Assembly: GCA_016182525.1 (NCBI GenBank)
Contig: JACPGL010000029.1
Coordinates: forward strand, 22,997 to 86,996
From: Candidatus Kerfeldbacteria bacterium
Lineage (GTDB): Bacteria > Patescibacteriota > Patescibacteriia > JACPL01
Direction: 5' to 3'
DNA: 64,000 nt
Shown: one piece after another, positions 1 to 9,324 of the stretch
Numbering within the stretch: the stretch's first letter is position 1
How the letters are laid out: each line of letters begins with the position of its first letter
Notes under the pieces: generated by a model
What the model saw: only the letters and a program-made list of their open reading frames with translations
What the model was told of the DNA's origin: nothing
Database searches by the model: none
Made by a program: the position numbers and the translations under genes

Positions 1-1225
1 CGGGGTTGTGGTTGAGACGATTGCCGGAGATGAGCCATCCGCTTTAAGCTCGGCCGACGTTGAGGTCACTGACTTACTCTTCACACTCGTTCGATCATCG
101 GAAATCGAAAATACGATTCAAACATCCATCACGATTCGATTCCGCAATGAAAATCGAAAAGATCTCTATGCAGAAACAGCGCTCACAACGCAAGCAAGTT
201 TTCGGAATGATTTCCCGTATTCATGGATCCAAACCGATTGGTCGGGAGGCGGCGGTCAGGACGTGTGGTCAAACCCGACGCAATTTTTGGCGAACGCCGA
301 TGCGCATCTCGACAATACAAGCTGCCCGGGTGACGCGAGGCTCGCGAATAATCCCGACGAAATCGTCATCCACGTTGCTGACGTCTGTGACTTTCACGGA
401 TTTTTTCACTTGCAAGAAGATGTCACTGGGGCAGAGGGTGTGCGTATGGAGGATATGCCGAACCTCGGGGCGCGCGTTGGTGGGTATTCTGGCAACGCGG
501 CAGACAGCAACCCATCAAATTATTTTGATACGACATTTAAAGCACAATCCGGGAAACTCTATCATATTTGGGCACGAATGAAAGTTGCTGCGGATAGCGA
601 TTTCGGCACATCAGACTCCATGTACATTCAGTTTAACGATTCGCTCGAAAATGGAGACCCCGTGAATCGTATTGGAACAAGTCAGGGACTCGTCGTTGGA
701 AACAGACTCCAAACATGGGTATGGAATGATATGAGAACGGGTGGGATTGAAAATACGGGAAACATTATCACGTTTGAGCAGAATGGCGATCATACCCTTC
801 GTGTCCAAAGGCGAGAAGATGGAGCGGCTCTTGACCAGATTATTTTGAGTTCTGTCGCCTATATCAATTCCAAGCCGCCGAATGGAGCCATCTTTCCGGA
901 GATGCATGAATCCCCGGCCGAGATCATCTCCTCGAAATTCGACGCGGGAGATGCGAGCGTCTTTGGTCAGTTGAAGTGGTCTGCGTATACGCCATCTGGA
1001 ACATCGGTAAAGTTTCAGCTGCGGAGTTCAGACTCATCCTCTACGCTTGATTCGGAAGCGTGGCAAGGGCCAACCGATCCGTCTGACTATTACACCATGA
1101 GTGACGTGGGGGTGAATGCCCTCCATGATGGCGACCGATGGATTCAGTATCGCGCTCTCCTTGAATCCACAACCGCCGCAGAAACGCCAATGCTCAACTC
1201 TGTCTCACTCTCCTATTCAAACTAA
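1..1225 (+). CDS. 5'-truncated pilus-associated accessory protein (minor pilin-like) with an inserted carbohydrate-binding-like domain and a C-terminal beta-sandwich domain
   Basis: The ORF runs from near the window edge and sits directly upstream of pilX-like and pilM. It has a CBM-like central region (YHIWARMK...DSMYIQF...HTLRVQRREDGAALDQIILS) and a C-terminal IISSKFDAG...QLKW...SVKFQLRS...RWIQYRALL...TPMLNSVSLSY domain. The start is outside the window. Confidence 0.55.
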   Translation, partial: GVVVETIAGDEPSALSSADVEVTDLLFTLVRSSEIENTIQTSITIRFRNENRKDLYAETALTTQASFRNDFPYSWIQTDWSGGGGQDVWSNPTQFLANADAHLDNTSCPGDARLANNPDEIVIHVADVCDFHGFFHLQEDVTGAEGVRMEDMPNLGARVGGYSGNAADSNPSNYFDTTFKAQSGKLYHIWARMKVAADSDFGTSDSMYIQFNDSLENGDPVNRIGTSQGLVVGNRLQTWVWNDMRTGGIENTGNIITFEQNGDHTLRVQRREDGAALDQIILSSVAYINSKPPNGAIFPEMHESPAEIISSKFDAGDASVFGQLKWSAYTPSGTSVKFQLRSSDSSSTLDSEAWQGPTDPSDYYTMSDVGVNALHDGDRWIQYRALLESTTAAETPMLNSVSLSYSN

Positions 1226-1226
1226 T

Positions 1227-2711
1227 ATGCGCTCCGAACGAGGGTACACATCGCTCATTCTCACAGTTGCGCTTGGATCTCTTTTTCTGGTGGTTCTTTC
1301 ATCGCTGCTTCTTATCACACTGTCTGATGTTCGTATTGTCACAAATAGCGTGAATGGGCTCCGAGCGTTTCATGCTGCGGAGGCAGGTGCGGAACGAATC
1401 ATCTCTGATTGGAATATTGATCCTGTCCCGACTGCCGGCCGAGCGTTTGAGAATGAACCGCTTACTGATGCGCAAGAGACGAGCGTCGGAACATATACCA
1501 TTGATGTCTTTGATTTAGGCGGAGGAAAATGGAGAATCGAGAGCGAAGGGACAAGCAAAAATGCAATCCGAAAAATTCAAACTGATGTGAATGTGGGCTT
1601 GGGCGGCCCGTCATCTGCCTTTTCAAAAGCCCTTGCAACGAATTCAAACATCTCGCTGCCGTCGAACATGCATATTTGGGGCGATATCTATGTTCACGAG
1701 GGATTTATTGAGACATGGAATTCAGGAGGAGTCTACGCAACGGACGGAAATGGAGCACAATACGACGACGAGCCCACATTGCTTCAGGCGCCGTTTGGGC
1801 GTCTCGAATATTACTACACCGGAGACGACGAGTGGATCGTCAACCCCAGGCAAACATTAAACGGCGATGCGTTTGGGTATTGGGAAAGCGCACAGAAGAT
1901 TCAACGCACGACGACATGGCTCAATCCTCTCCACAATATTGGGAACCCTGATGTTGAAAGCAGCGGTCAGTACTACAACCGCGATAATCGCGGCAACGAA
2001 ACCTTATTTCCCTCTGCTGCAGAGTTGTACAGACTGAAAACGGGAATTGCGGTTCGAAATTCCGATCATCCGCTTGAATTCCCCGATATCGACAATGGGA
2101 CGTACGCGAACTTTGTGGCCTACTACGATTCCATCATGCCCGATTCGACAAAATGGCAAAATCTCAAAATCAAGGAGCCGAGCGGCGCGACGATTTCGCT
2201 CGCAAATGGCCGAAATTCAGCGATCATCGGAGCAACACCAAATGGAAATGGATTCCCAACGCAGTTTACATGGACAGGATCAGCTGTCCGCGATGATGGA
2301 TCAGTCTATGAGGGTCCGCTTGAATTTGCCGATACGTTCGCTTTGTATGTCGACGGACCGGCGTCGTTTGATGGGCCGGTGGGAATGTCCGTGTTTACCG
2401 TGATCAGTTCAAGCACCACAACGATCGGCCAACTCACCGAGATCCCTTCAAACTTTAGCGTGATGAGTTTTGATGATATAATGGTCAATATCAATATTGA
2501 CATCACCGGGGCGTTCTTTACCTCCGGCACATACACTGCAAGCACGCCGGCGAATGTTCGAGGAGTGATCGTTGCTCGGGCAGTCGACTTTCGCGGGGGC
2601 GGATTTGAACTCGTCTATGACCAAAATGTTGTCTTAGATGTCCGGCAGTGGTTGCCCGGAGGTTCGAACGGAAAAATTGACATTATTCGTTGGAGTGAAA
2701 TACTTCCATGA
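1227..2711 (+). CDS. PilX-like minor pilin / pilus assembly protein
   Basis: Class III signal-like MRSERG|YTSLILTVAL followed by a hydrophobic helix and the PilX-type motif AFHAAEAGAE. C-terminus IIRWSEI. Start placed at ATG 1227, just after the upstream stop. Confidence 0.75.
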   Translation: MRSERGYTSLILTVALGSLFLVVLSSLLLITLSDVRIVTNSVNGLRAFHAAEAGAERIISDWNIDPVPTAGRAFENEPLTDAQETSVGTYTIDVFDLGGGKWRIESEGTSKNAIRKIQTDVNVGLGGPSSAFSKALATNSNISLPSNMHIWGDIYVHEGFIETWNSGGVYATDGNGAQYDDEPTLLQAPFGRLEYYYTGDDEWIVNPRQTLNGDAFGYWESAQKIQRTTTWLNPLHNIGNPDVESSGQYYNRDNRGNETLFPSAAELYRLKTGIAVRNSDHPLEFPDIDNGTYANFVAYYDSIMPDSTKWQNLKIKEPSGATISLANGRNSAIIGATPNGNGFPTQFTWTGSAVRDDGSVYEGPLEFADTFALYVDGPASFDGPVGMSVFTVISSSTTTIGQLTEIPSNFSVMSFDDIMVNINIDITGAFFTSGTYTASTPANVRGVIVARAVDFRGGGFELVYDQNVVLDVRQWLPGGSNGKIDIIRWSEILP

Positions 2712-3754
2712 TGCGACGTACCCATTCTATAGGGCTTGATATCAGCGATCGTTCCATCCGATTCGCTCATCTTGAGGGTTCTTCAAAAGGCCCGCATCTC
2801 AAAGAATGGAAAGCGCTCGTTGTTCCGGAGGGGGTGATTGAGGATGGAATTATTCGCGAACCGCGCATCCTTTCTTCTCTTCTTGAAAAACTGATGCATG
2901 GACGCGATCGGCACCATCGCGAAGTCATTGTTTCGCTTCCTGAACGGCAATGTTTTGTAAAAACCATTACCGTTCATGAGGACCATCATCCGGTGAATAC
3001 ACGTGTCATGAAGGAGATCCAAGAAGATCTTCCATACGAACTCGACGAAGTTCTGACCGATTGGCAAGTCATGAAGCGAATCCAAAGCGGTCTCACCACG
3101 TCTTTTTCAATTCTTTTCGTTGCAGCTCCAAAAACGATTATTTCAGCGTATGAAGACGTACTTCAGAATGCTTCTCTTCTCCCAACGGCACTGGAGGTTG
3201 AATCGCTCGCGCTTGCTCGTGCGCTTCTTCCATGGAGTGGAAAAGCATCAAATGTGCTCATTGTTGATGCGGGCCGATCCATGACAAGTCTTGTGTTGTG
3301 CACCGGAGATTCGATCCAGCTTACCATTGGGACACGGGAATTCAGCGGGGAAAAGTGTACGATGGAAATCGCGAGACACAATTCTGTGTCACCAGAGGAA
3401 GGAGAAAAAATGAAAAAGGAATTCGGAATTACGAAGTCGAATGAAAAGGCGTGTACGAAAAGTCTTGAATCAATGCGTGAGGTTTTGCAAACCGTTCTCT
3501 CGTACCAAGAAAGCCGCTCATCAGATCACGCGCCCATTGATCATGTTTTACTCACTGGTGGATCCGCAAATATGCTTGGGCTCAATGACTATTTTGCAAA
3601 AACAACAGGCAGAGACGTTACTCTTGCCAACCCGCTCACGAATCTCTCTCAGGGCAAGAGCGACCCATCAATTCAACATGCATTGCTTTCGTATGCAACG
3701 GCCATTGGACTTGCTCTCCGCGCGTTTCAGCCCGCTGATACCCGCCTCCTATGA
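2708..3754 (+). CDS. pilM: Type IV pilus assembly protein PilM (actin-like ATPase fold)
   Basis: IGLDISDRSIR, LEVESLALAR, VDAG, VLLTGGSA and YATAIGLALR motifs. ATGA overlap with the upstream gene. Confidence 0.9.
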   Translation: MMRRTHSIGLDISDRSIRFAHLEGSSKGPHLKEWKALVVPEGVIEDGIIREPRILSSLLEKLMHGRDRHHREVIVSLPERQCFVKTITVHEDHHPVNTRVMKEIQEDLPYELDEVLTDWQVMKRIQSGLTTSFSILFVAAPKTIISAYEDVLQNASLLPTALEVESLALARALLPWSGKASNVLIVDAGRSMTSLVLCTGDSIQLTIGTREFSGEKCTMEIARHNSVSPEEGEKMKKEFGITKSNEKACTKSLESMREVLQTVLSYQESRSSDHAPIDHVLLTGGSANMLGLNDYFAKTTGRDVTLANPLTNLSQGKSDPSIQHALLSYATAIGLALRAFQPADTRLL

Positions 3755-4305
3755 ATCCCCTCACCCTCAATCTGCTTTCCGCCTCTCGACGAAAGACGAC
3801 TCACTATGTTCGCCTGTCTCGCACGTTTCTCGCGTCGCTTCTTCTTGCTCTTATCACCTATGGTGCGATTCTTGGAATCCTCATGGGTGGGAACGTCTTT
3901 CTTGAACGAGAAAAGAAACAGGTGGAGCAGGAACTTGCGCAGAATGAAAAGATTCTTCGGGAACTTGAGGCATCAAACGCTGAAGCAAAAAGCATTCGCG
4001 GGGAACTTACGGCAATCAAAAAGAACCAAAAAGACTATCGCGTGTGGTCAGAAGCGCTTCGAGAGCTTTCGAGCTTTGACACACAAGGGATAAGGCTCAC
4101 CGAGATGAGTTTTCAAAGCGCTGATTCGAGCTACCGTATTCGAGGGATAGCGGCAACCCGAGAATCGCTTGCGGAATACCAGCAAACTCTCGAGGACACC
4201 GACCGTATTCAGACAGTTGAGAGCCCGGTCTCAAGTTTCACCCAGCGCGAAAACATCCCCTTTCAACTCACGGGAACGTTTCTCCCGCCTCTTTTTTCAC
4301 GATAA
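3751..4305 (+). CDS. pilN: Type IV pilus assembly protein PilN
   Basis: N-terminal LNLL motif, one TM helix, coiled coil, then a ferredoxin-like domain (WSEALRELS...IRGIA). Follows pilM. Confidence 0.8.
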   Translation: MNPLTLNLLSASRRKTTHYVRLSRTFLASLLLALITYGAILGILMGGNVFLEREKKQVEQELAQNEKILRELEASNAEAKSIRGELTAIKKNQKDYRVWSEALRELSSFDTQGIRLTEMSFQSADSSYRIRGIAATRESLAEYQQTLEDTDRIQTVESPVSSFTQRENIPFQLTGTFLPPLFSR

Positions 4306-4850
4306 TGTACTCAAATCTCCGTAATCGCACAATTCTCTTTGGACTGTTGTTTCTGATCGCGCCGCTCGCGATCCAACTTTTCGCTGTTCGACCGCTTCAA
4401 CATTCTCGAGCCGTATTAACCCAAGAGATCAAAGCTGATATTCAAAAAAACTCGACGGTATTCTCCAGACTTCAACAATCATTTCAAGAATCAAACCGAG
4501 AGCGGCAACGATACGAGGCCTCGACTCTGCCTCAAGCGCTTCTCGACAAAGATTCCGTGATCACATTCTTCACCGGGCTTGAAGCACTCGGAAACTCCCG
4601 CGATATAGCGGTCACCATCACGTTCGGTTCTGAGCTGAAGCAAGATACAAATGGCGTTCAGACGATTGCAACGACAATCCATGGCCGAGGCGAATACATG
4701 AACATTCTCTCGTTTCTCCGTTCTCTCGAACAGGAGCCGTATTATGTAACGAGCACCTCGATCAGCATCGTGCGAGCAGCGGTTGCCGGTGAATCTTCAA
4801 CCAATCCACAAATTGAACTTATCATCAATGGCGAAACAAACTGGAAATAG
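4305..4850 (+). CDS. pilO: Type IV pilus assembly protein PilO-like
   Basis: TM helix plus coiled coil and GEYMNILSFLRSLEQ motif. Follows pilN with a TAATG overlap. Confidence 0.75.
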   Translation: MYSNLRNRTILFGLLFLIAPLAIQLFAVRPLQHSRAVLTQEIKADIQKNSTVFSRLQQSFQESNRERQRYEASTLPQALLDKDSVITFFTGLEALGNSRDIAVTITFGSELKQDTNGVQTIATTIHGRGEYMNILSFLRSLEQEPYYVTSTSISIVRAAVAGESSTNPQIELIINGETNWK

Positions 4851-5136
4851 TCAAAAGAAAAAATTCTCACTTGGCGGGCGGCCGAGCGGCACAATGCTCC
4901 TTGTCTTTTTTGAGCGTTCGTTTTTCCGGATTGGTCTTGTGCTCGCGACTCTTGCGATTGTCGGAAGCGCTGCCTTAACCTTTCGTCATATCCAATCAAC
5001 GATGCGGCAGAATCAACAATCCAACCCCACTGCTTCGTCACTCGAATCGGAGCAGAAGGCGCTTGAAGAAGTGCACGCAAAAAAACTCCAACTGGAGGAT
5101 ATCTCGACCGAGAGCCTTGTTAATCCGTTTGAATAG
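4828..5136 (+). CDS. Small membrane-anchored pilus protein at the PilP position
   Basis: One TM helix, ends in NPFE (PilP-like NPF motif), last gene of the pil run. Start at ATG 4828 is inferred. Confidence 0.5.
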   Translation: MAKQTGNSQKKKFSLGGRPSGTMLLVFFERSFFRIGLVLATLAIVGSAALTFRHIQSTMRQNQQSNPTASSLESEQKALEEVHAKKLQLEDISTESLVNPFE

Positions 5137-5398
5137 AGACAATGCGGCTCTTTTTGAGTGCGCCGTCGTATTTTTTTTGCTTTCGCGTTGAAAATCGAAC
5201 CCGCCCAGATGAGAGGGCATAGAGGGTATCATCCTCGCCTCTTCGGACATGTTGACCGGGGTGGAAAACCGTTCCGCGTTGGCGCACAAGAATGCTCCCT
5301 GCTCGAGCGCGCTCACCGCTAAAAAGCTTCACGCCAAGTCGTTTCGACTGCGAGTCTCGTCCGAGTTGTGTAGAGCCCCCTGCCTTAGTATGTGCCAT
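5120..5398 (-). CDS. rpmA: 50S ribosomal protein L27
   Basis: [24 protein letters not shown]...[10 protein letters not shown]...[12 protein letters not shown] at 5398. Confidence 0.97.
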   Translation of the reverse strand: MAHTKAGGSTQLGRDSQSKRLGVKLFSGERARAGSILVRQRGTVFHPGQHVRRGEDDTLYALSSGRVRFSTRKQKKYDGALKKSRIVSIQTD

Positions 5399-5407
5399 AG
5401 GATTATT

Positions 5408-5498
5408 CGGAGGGGAAAACCCAGAAGGGGTTTTCCCCTTCCGATACCTCCCCTTTCCAAGGAGGCCTCGGGCACAAGCAAAGCTTGATGCCCTCGGC
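5408..5498. other. Two stem-loops immediately upstream of rpmA
   Basis: CGGAGGGGAAAACC / GGTTTTCCCC(T)TCCG at 5408-5443, and GGGCA-CAAGC / GCTTG-A-TGCCC at about 5465-5498. Confidence 0.55.
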
Positions 5499-5546
5499 AA
5501 TATCAAAAATTATAACGAATACATACCATGTCCTTTGAGCCTTGTC

Positions 5547-5639
5547 AAATGTTTGGAAAAGAAAAGTATTTTTGTGAATCGAGGGAGACTCTCGCTCCGC
5601 TGGATCGATTCAAAAAATCCTTTTCTTTTCCAAACATTT
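5547..5639. repeat. Long hairpin element (20-bp perfect arms) with a conserved 19-nt core, abutting the pyrG stop codon
   Basis: AAATGTTTGGAAAAGAAAAG (5547-5566) and its reverse complement at 5620-5639. Inner stem TGAATCGA/TCGATTCA. Loop contains AGACTCTCGCTCCGCTGGA. Confidence 0.85.
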
Positions 5640-7275
5640 ACCCCCTCTTTGAGTGTGCAATTGAAGCGGCGATGAAGTCGCGGTACAATGGGTGCGGGCG
5701 AAGCGGGCGAGAAAGAAATTCGGGGTGAAATTGCGTGCCGACAAACCACGGGTGATCGCGAAGTTCGATAATTTCCACAAGGGTTTTCGCCGGGTACACT
5801 CCTGAGAATCGAACTCCGGCTTCTTCCATTGCTTTTCGATAGTCGTTATTGAACTCAAATCGGTGTCGATGCCGTTCAAAAATTTTTGGCTTTTTGTAAG
5901 CACGGAATGCTAAAGAATCTTTCGCGAGCGTACATGGATACAACCCAAGACGCATTGTCCCACCCATCCGTTTCCGTTGGATGTTTTCTTGCTGGAAGGG
6001 GTTGGCAATGATGACCGGTTCGGGTGTTTTGGGATCAATTTCTCGAGTATTCGCTTTGGGTTTCTTGAGTACGTTCCGCGTAAACTCTACACAGGCAAGT
6101 TGCATGCCATAGCACAACCCGAAATATGGGATATTGTTCTTTCGCACAAATTCAATGGCGCGAATGACGCCTTCAATGCCGCGCGACCCAAATCCACCCG
6201 GAACAATAATCCCATCATATTTTGCAAGCTCACGGACTTTTCGCGGATTGCGTTCGTACTGTTCAGCATCAATCCATGTCATCTGCGGTTTGCGCTTGTG
6301 ATACCACGATGCGTGCTTCACTGCCTCAATCACGGAAATGTATGAATCCGCAAGCGTGAAGTTCCCTGTGCCAAAGTATTTGCCGACAACTCCAATCTTC
6401 ACCGGTGTTCGCGAAGTTCGAATGCGCCGCGAAAGCGCTCGCCATGGTTCAAGACGAGATGGCCGGTTCGCAAGTGACAACGCGGAGAGCAATCGCTCTC
6501 CCAGGCGCTCCTTTTCAAACACCAGCGGCACATCATAAATCGAGTCAACATCCGGTGCAGAGATCACGTGTTCTTTTGGCACACCGCATGCAATAGACAA
6601 CTTCTCACGCCGTCGGACGTCCAAAGGCTTTTCAGCGCGGCAGACAATGAAATCCGCTTGAATTCCGGCACTATTCAACGAACGAGATGCATATTGTGTC
6701 GGCTTGGTTTTCATCTCCCCTACCTTGCTCGGAATAGGCAAGTAGCTCACCAGCACAAATGCAACATCAGCCGGATGCTCCAGCTTCATCATACGAGCTG
6801 CTTCAAGAAAAAGAATATTTTGGTATTCCCCCACTGTTCCGCCGATCTCAATAACCGTGATATCCGCTTTTGCGTGCTTTTGCGCCGTGGTAATGCGGCG
6901 GATGATTTCCTCCGGAACATGAGGCACGACTTCGACGCACTTGCCGTGATATTCCAAATTCCGCTCGCGTTGAATCACCGTTTGGTAGACGCGACCGGTA
7001 GTGAAATAATTGACCGAGGTGATCGATTCATCTAGGAATCGTTCGTAGTTGCCAATATCCTGATCCGTCTCGTCGCCGTCATCCGTGACAAACGTCTCCC
7101 CATGTTCTGTGGGATTCATGGTCCCTGCGTCAACGTTGATGTAGGGATCGGCTTTGAGCGCCGTCACACGGTATCCTTTGCTCTTCAAAAGGAGCGACAA
7201 TGCCGATGTCGCCACTCCTTTGCCGACAGAAGACATCACTCCACCAGAAACAAAGATAAATTTTGGATTTGGCAT
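5638..7275 (-). CDS. pyrG: CTP synthase
   Basis: KFIFVSGGVMSSVGKG, DPYINVDAGTMNPTEHGE, KTKPTQ, GLCYGMQ and QFHPEF motifs. Confidence 0.98.
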   Translation of the reverse strand: MPNPKFIFVSGGVMSSVGKGVATSALSLLLKSKGYRVTALKADPYINVDAGTMNPTEHGETFVTDDGDETDQDIGNYERFLDESITSVNYFTTGRVYQTVIQRERNLEYHGKCVEVVPHVPEEIIRRITTAQKHAKADITVIEIGGTVGEYQNILFLEAARMMKLEHPADVAFVLVSYLPIPSKVGEMKTKPTQYASRSLNSAGIQADFIVCRAEKPLDVRRREKLSIACGVPKEHVISAPDVDSIYDVPLVFEKERLGERLLSALSLANRPSRLEPWRALSRRIRTSRTPVKIGVVGKYFGTGNFTLADSYISVIEAVKHASWYHKRKPQMTWIDAEQYERNPRKVRELAKYDGIIVPGGFGSRGIEGVIRAIEFVRKNNIPYFGLCYGMQLACVEFTRNVLKKPKANTREIDPKTPEPVIIANPFQQENIQRKRMGGTMRLGLYPCTLAKDSLAFRAYKKPKIFERHRHRFEFNNDYRKAMEEAGVRFSGVYPAKTLVEIIELRDHPWFVGTQFHPEFLSRPLRPHPLYRDFIAASIAHSKRG

Positions 7276-7335
7276 GCGGGATGATGATTATTCCAAACGA
7301 AAATACTCTCCGCGAACCTTGTTCCTCTAAAAATA

Positions 7336-7785
7336 CTATGCCTCGCGGACGACGTTCACACGAAGAGGAACCGTTGCCCCTTGTCCCATACTCACGGTCA
7401 CCGTATGTTCACCGATTCTTTTGACATGCTCGGGGAGTTCAACCCACTTCTCTTCTACTCCATGATACCCTACTTTTTCGAGTTGCGCAACAATATCTTT
7501 GGCCGTGATGCTTCCAAAAAGTTTGCCGTCTTCTGATGCCCGAGCTTTAAACTCCAAAACCACGTCTTTCGCACCTTCAAGCATTTTTTGGATCTCGTCC
7601 TTCTTCTTTTGTTCACGTCGGGTGCGAGCCGCCTCCATGTGGTTGGCCACTTTCATATTCCCGGTATGAGCGAGCATTGCCATGCCCCGCGGCAAGAGGT
7701 AATTTCGCGCATACCCAGGTTTGACGGTTTTTACGTCTCCTCGGATCCCTAAGGTTTCAATATCTTGCAAAAGAATAACTTTCAT
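7336..7785 (-). CDS. rplI: 50S ribosomal protein L9
   Basis: MKVILLQDIETLGIRGDVKTVKPGYARNYLLPRG...GKLFGSIT. ATG at 7785. Confidence 0.96.
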   Translation of the reverse strand: MKVILLQDIETLGIRGDVKTVKPGYARNYLLPRGMAMLAHTGNMKVANHMEAARTRREQKKKDEIQKMLEGAKDVVLEFKARASEDGKLFGSITAKDIVAQLEKVGYHGVEEKWVELPEHVKRIGEHTVTVSMGQGATVPLRVNVVREA

Positions 7786-7798
7786 ACGGTTCGCGACT

Positions 7799-8074
7799 TT
7801 AACGATAGCGAATGGTGAACTCATGAAACTCACGAGTTGCAGTTTGCCATGTTTCTCGAACAGAGTCAACCCTTGCGCGCCGCGGGCCTTTTTGAGCCCA
7901 CTCCCGAAGTTCCAAGAGAGAACCTCGAGGACCTTCAGCCACAATCTCCACTTCCCCCTCGGGTGTATTTCTCACATACCCGACAAGCCCAAGGTTTGTT
8001 GCCGTTTCGGTCGTACTCTCGCGGAAAAACACTCCTATAACAAGGCCAGTAATGCGTAGGGTCACACGCTCCAT
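7799..8074 (-). CDS. acyP: Acylphosphatase
   Basis: ITGLVIGVFFR...GLVGYVRNTPEGEVEIVAEG...GPRRARV, 91 aa. Confidence 0.88.
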   Translation of the reverse strand: MERVTLRITGLVIGVFFRESTTETATNLGLVGYVRNTPEGEVEIVAEGPRGSLLELREWAQKGPRRARVDSVRETWQTATREFHEFTIRYR

Positions 8075-9324
8075 TATTTTCCTTCATCAAGGTATTGAAA
8101 GGCACGGTCGAGCTGCGGGTCGCGATCGTTGTTATAGTCGTCTTCGGTGAGTTCCACGATAATGTCCGGCGTCACACCCTCGTTGTCGATCACTCGTCCT
8201 TTGGGCGTGAGCCAGCGCGCGATGGTCAATTTTGCCGATGAGCCGTCGTCGAAGTACGTAATATCTTGGACAGATCCCTTGCCGAATGTCTGCTCGCCGA
8301 TCAGCACAGCTTTTTTGTAATCTTGCACTGCACCGGCGACAATTTCGGATGCTGACGCGCTCCCACCATTCACCAAAAGAACTGTTGGAGCATCTTTCAA
8401 ACGCGCTCGGCCAACCGCCGGGTGCTCCTTAACAATTTGCGAAGAATCCTCCTCGAGCACGATCGTTTCATCTTCAATAAACTCAGACGCGACCTCGACC
8501 GCCGTTGTCAAAAATCCTCCTGGGTTATTTCGCAGATCAAGAATGACTCCATCAAACCCATCCAGCACGTAGGATTGGATCGCTCCATCAAAAAGACTTT
8601 GTGTATCCGATGCAAACTGCGTCATTTTGATATACACAATTTTCTTGCCGGCCGGAGTTGTTTTTTCTTCATACGTTACGGACTCGATGTGAATTTCTTT
8701 GCGGGTAATGGCAATCTCACGGTTGTCCTCTTCGTCGCCGCGATGAATGACCAATGTCACGACCGTGCCTTCTTCTCCACGGATCTTTGAAACCGCTTCA
8801 GAGAGTGTCATCCCCTCGGTGTCTTCTCCATTGATGGAGAGAATCGCATCAGCGGCCAAAAGACCGGATGTTTCTGCCGGACTCCCAGAGAGAGGCGCGA
8901 CAACCTGAAGCTGTTCGTTCTTGATGGCAATTTCCGCCCCAATCCCCGTAAAGGTTCCGTTAATCGTATCTTCAAACTCTTCGGTTTGTTCCGGTGTGAA
9001 AAAGAGCGAGTATGGATCATTTACACTTTGCACAAGCCCCCGCATGGCACCGTACAGCAACTGCTGCTCGTCAACTGGCTGATCAACATAGTTCTCTTGG
9101 ATCGTGTTCCACACTTCCCAAAAATTTGTAATATCAACATTTGCCGGTGCTTCTCCTGTGACCTTACTCAGTACGTTCCGAAAGCTGGTCGTTGTCGATT
9201 TCACCGATGAACCGACCACAAATCCGAATCCAAAAATTCCCGCAGCGGCAAGAAGAACAAAGTACATGACAAATCCTCGCTTCAGAAAAGAACTCCTTTT
9301 TTGGTGTTGATGTTGTTCAATCAT
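8074..9324 (-). CDS. S41 family C-terminal processing protease (CtpA-like, PDZ)
   Basis: DPYS, GIGAEI PDZ, LDLRNNPGG, SASASEIVAGA, GEQTFGKGSVQ and KLTIARWLTP motifs. N-terminal TM. Confidence 0.93.
   Translation of the reverse strand: MIEQHQHQKRSSFLKRGFVMYFVLLAAAGIFGFGFVVGSSVKSTTTSFRNVLSKVTGEAPANVDITNFWEVWNTIQENYVDQPVDEQQLLYGAMRGLVQSVNDPYSLFFTPEQTEEFEDTINGTFTGIGAEIAIKNEQLQVVAPLSGSPAETSGLLAADAILSINGEDTEGMTLSEAVSKIRGEEGTVVTLVIHRGDEEDNREIAITRKEIHIESVTYEEKTTPAGKKIVYIKMTQFASDTQSLFDGAIQSYVLDGFDGVILDLRNNPGGFLTTAVEVASEFIEDETIVLEEDSSQIVKEHPAVGRARLKDAPTVLLVNGGSASASEIVAGAVQDYKKAVLIGEQTFGKGSVQDITYFDDGSSAKLTIARWLTPKGRVIDNEGVTPDIIVELTEDDYNNDRDPQLDRAFQYLDEGK

Noticed and set aside
5399-5506. N-terminal extension on L27 (as in Prp-cleaved Firmicutes L27)
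   Set aside because: The canonical MAHTKAGGS start is present. The extension is translated hairpin DNA and no prp gene is adjacent.
7786-7944. Long N-terminal extension of L9 (202-aa ORF call)
   Set aside because: It overlaps the acylphosphatase gene. The canonical L9 start MKVILL is at 7785.
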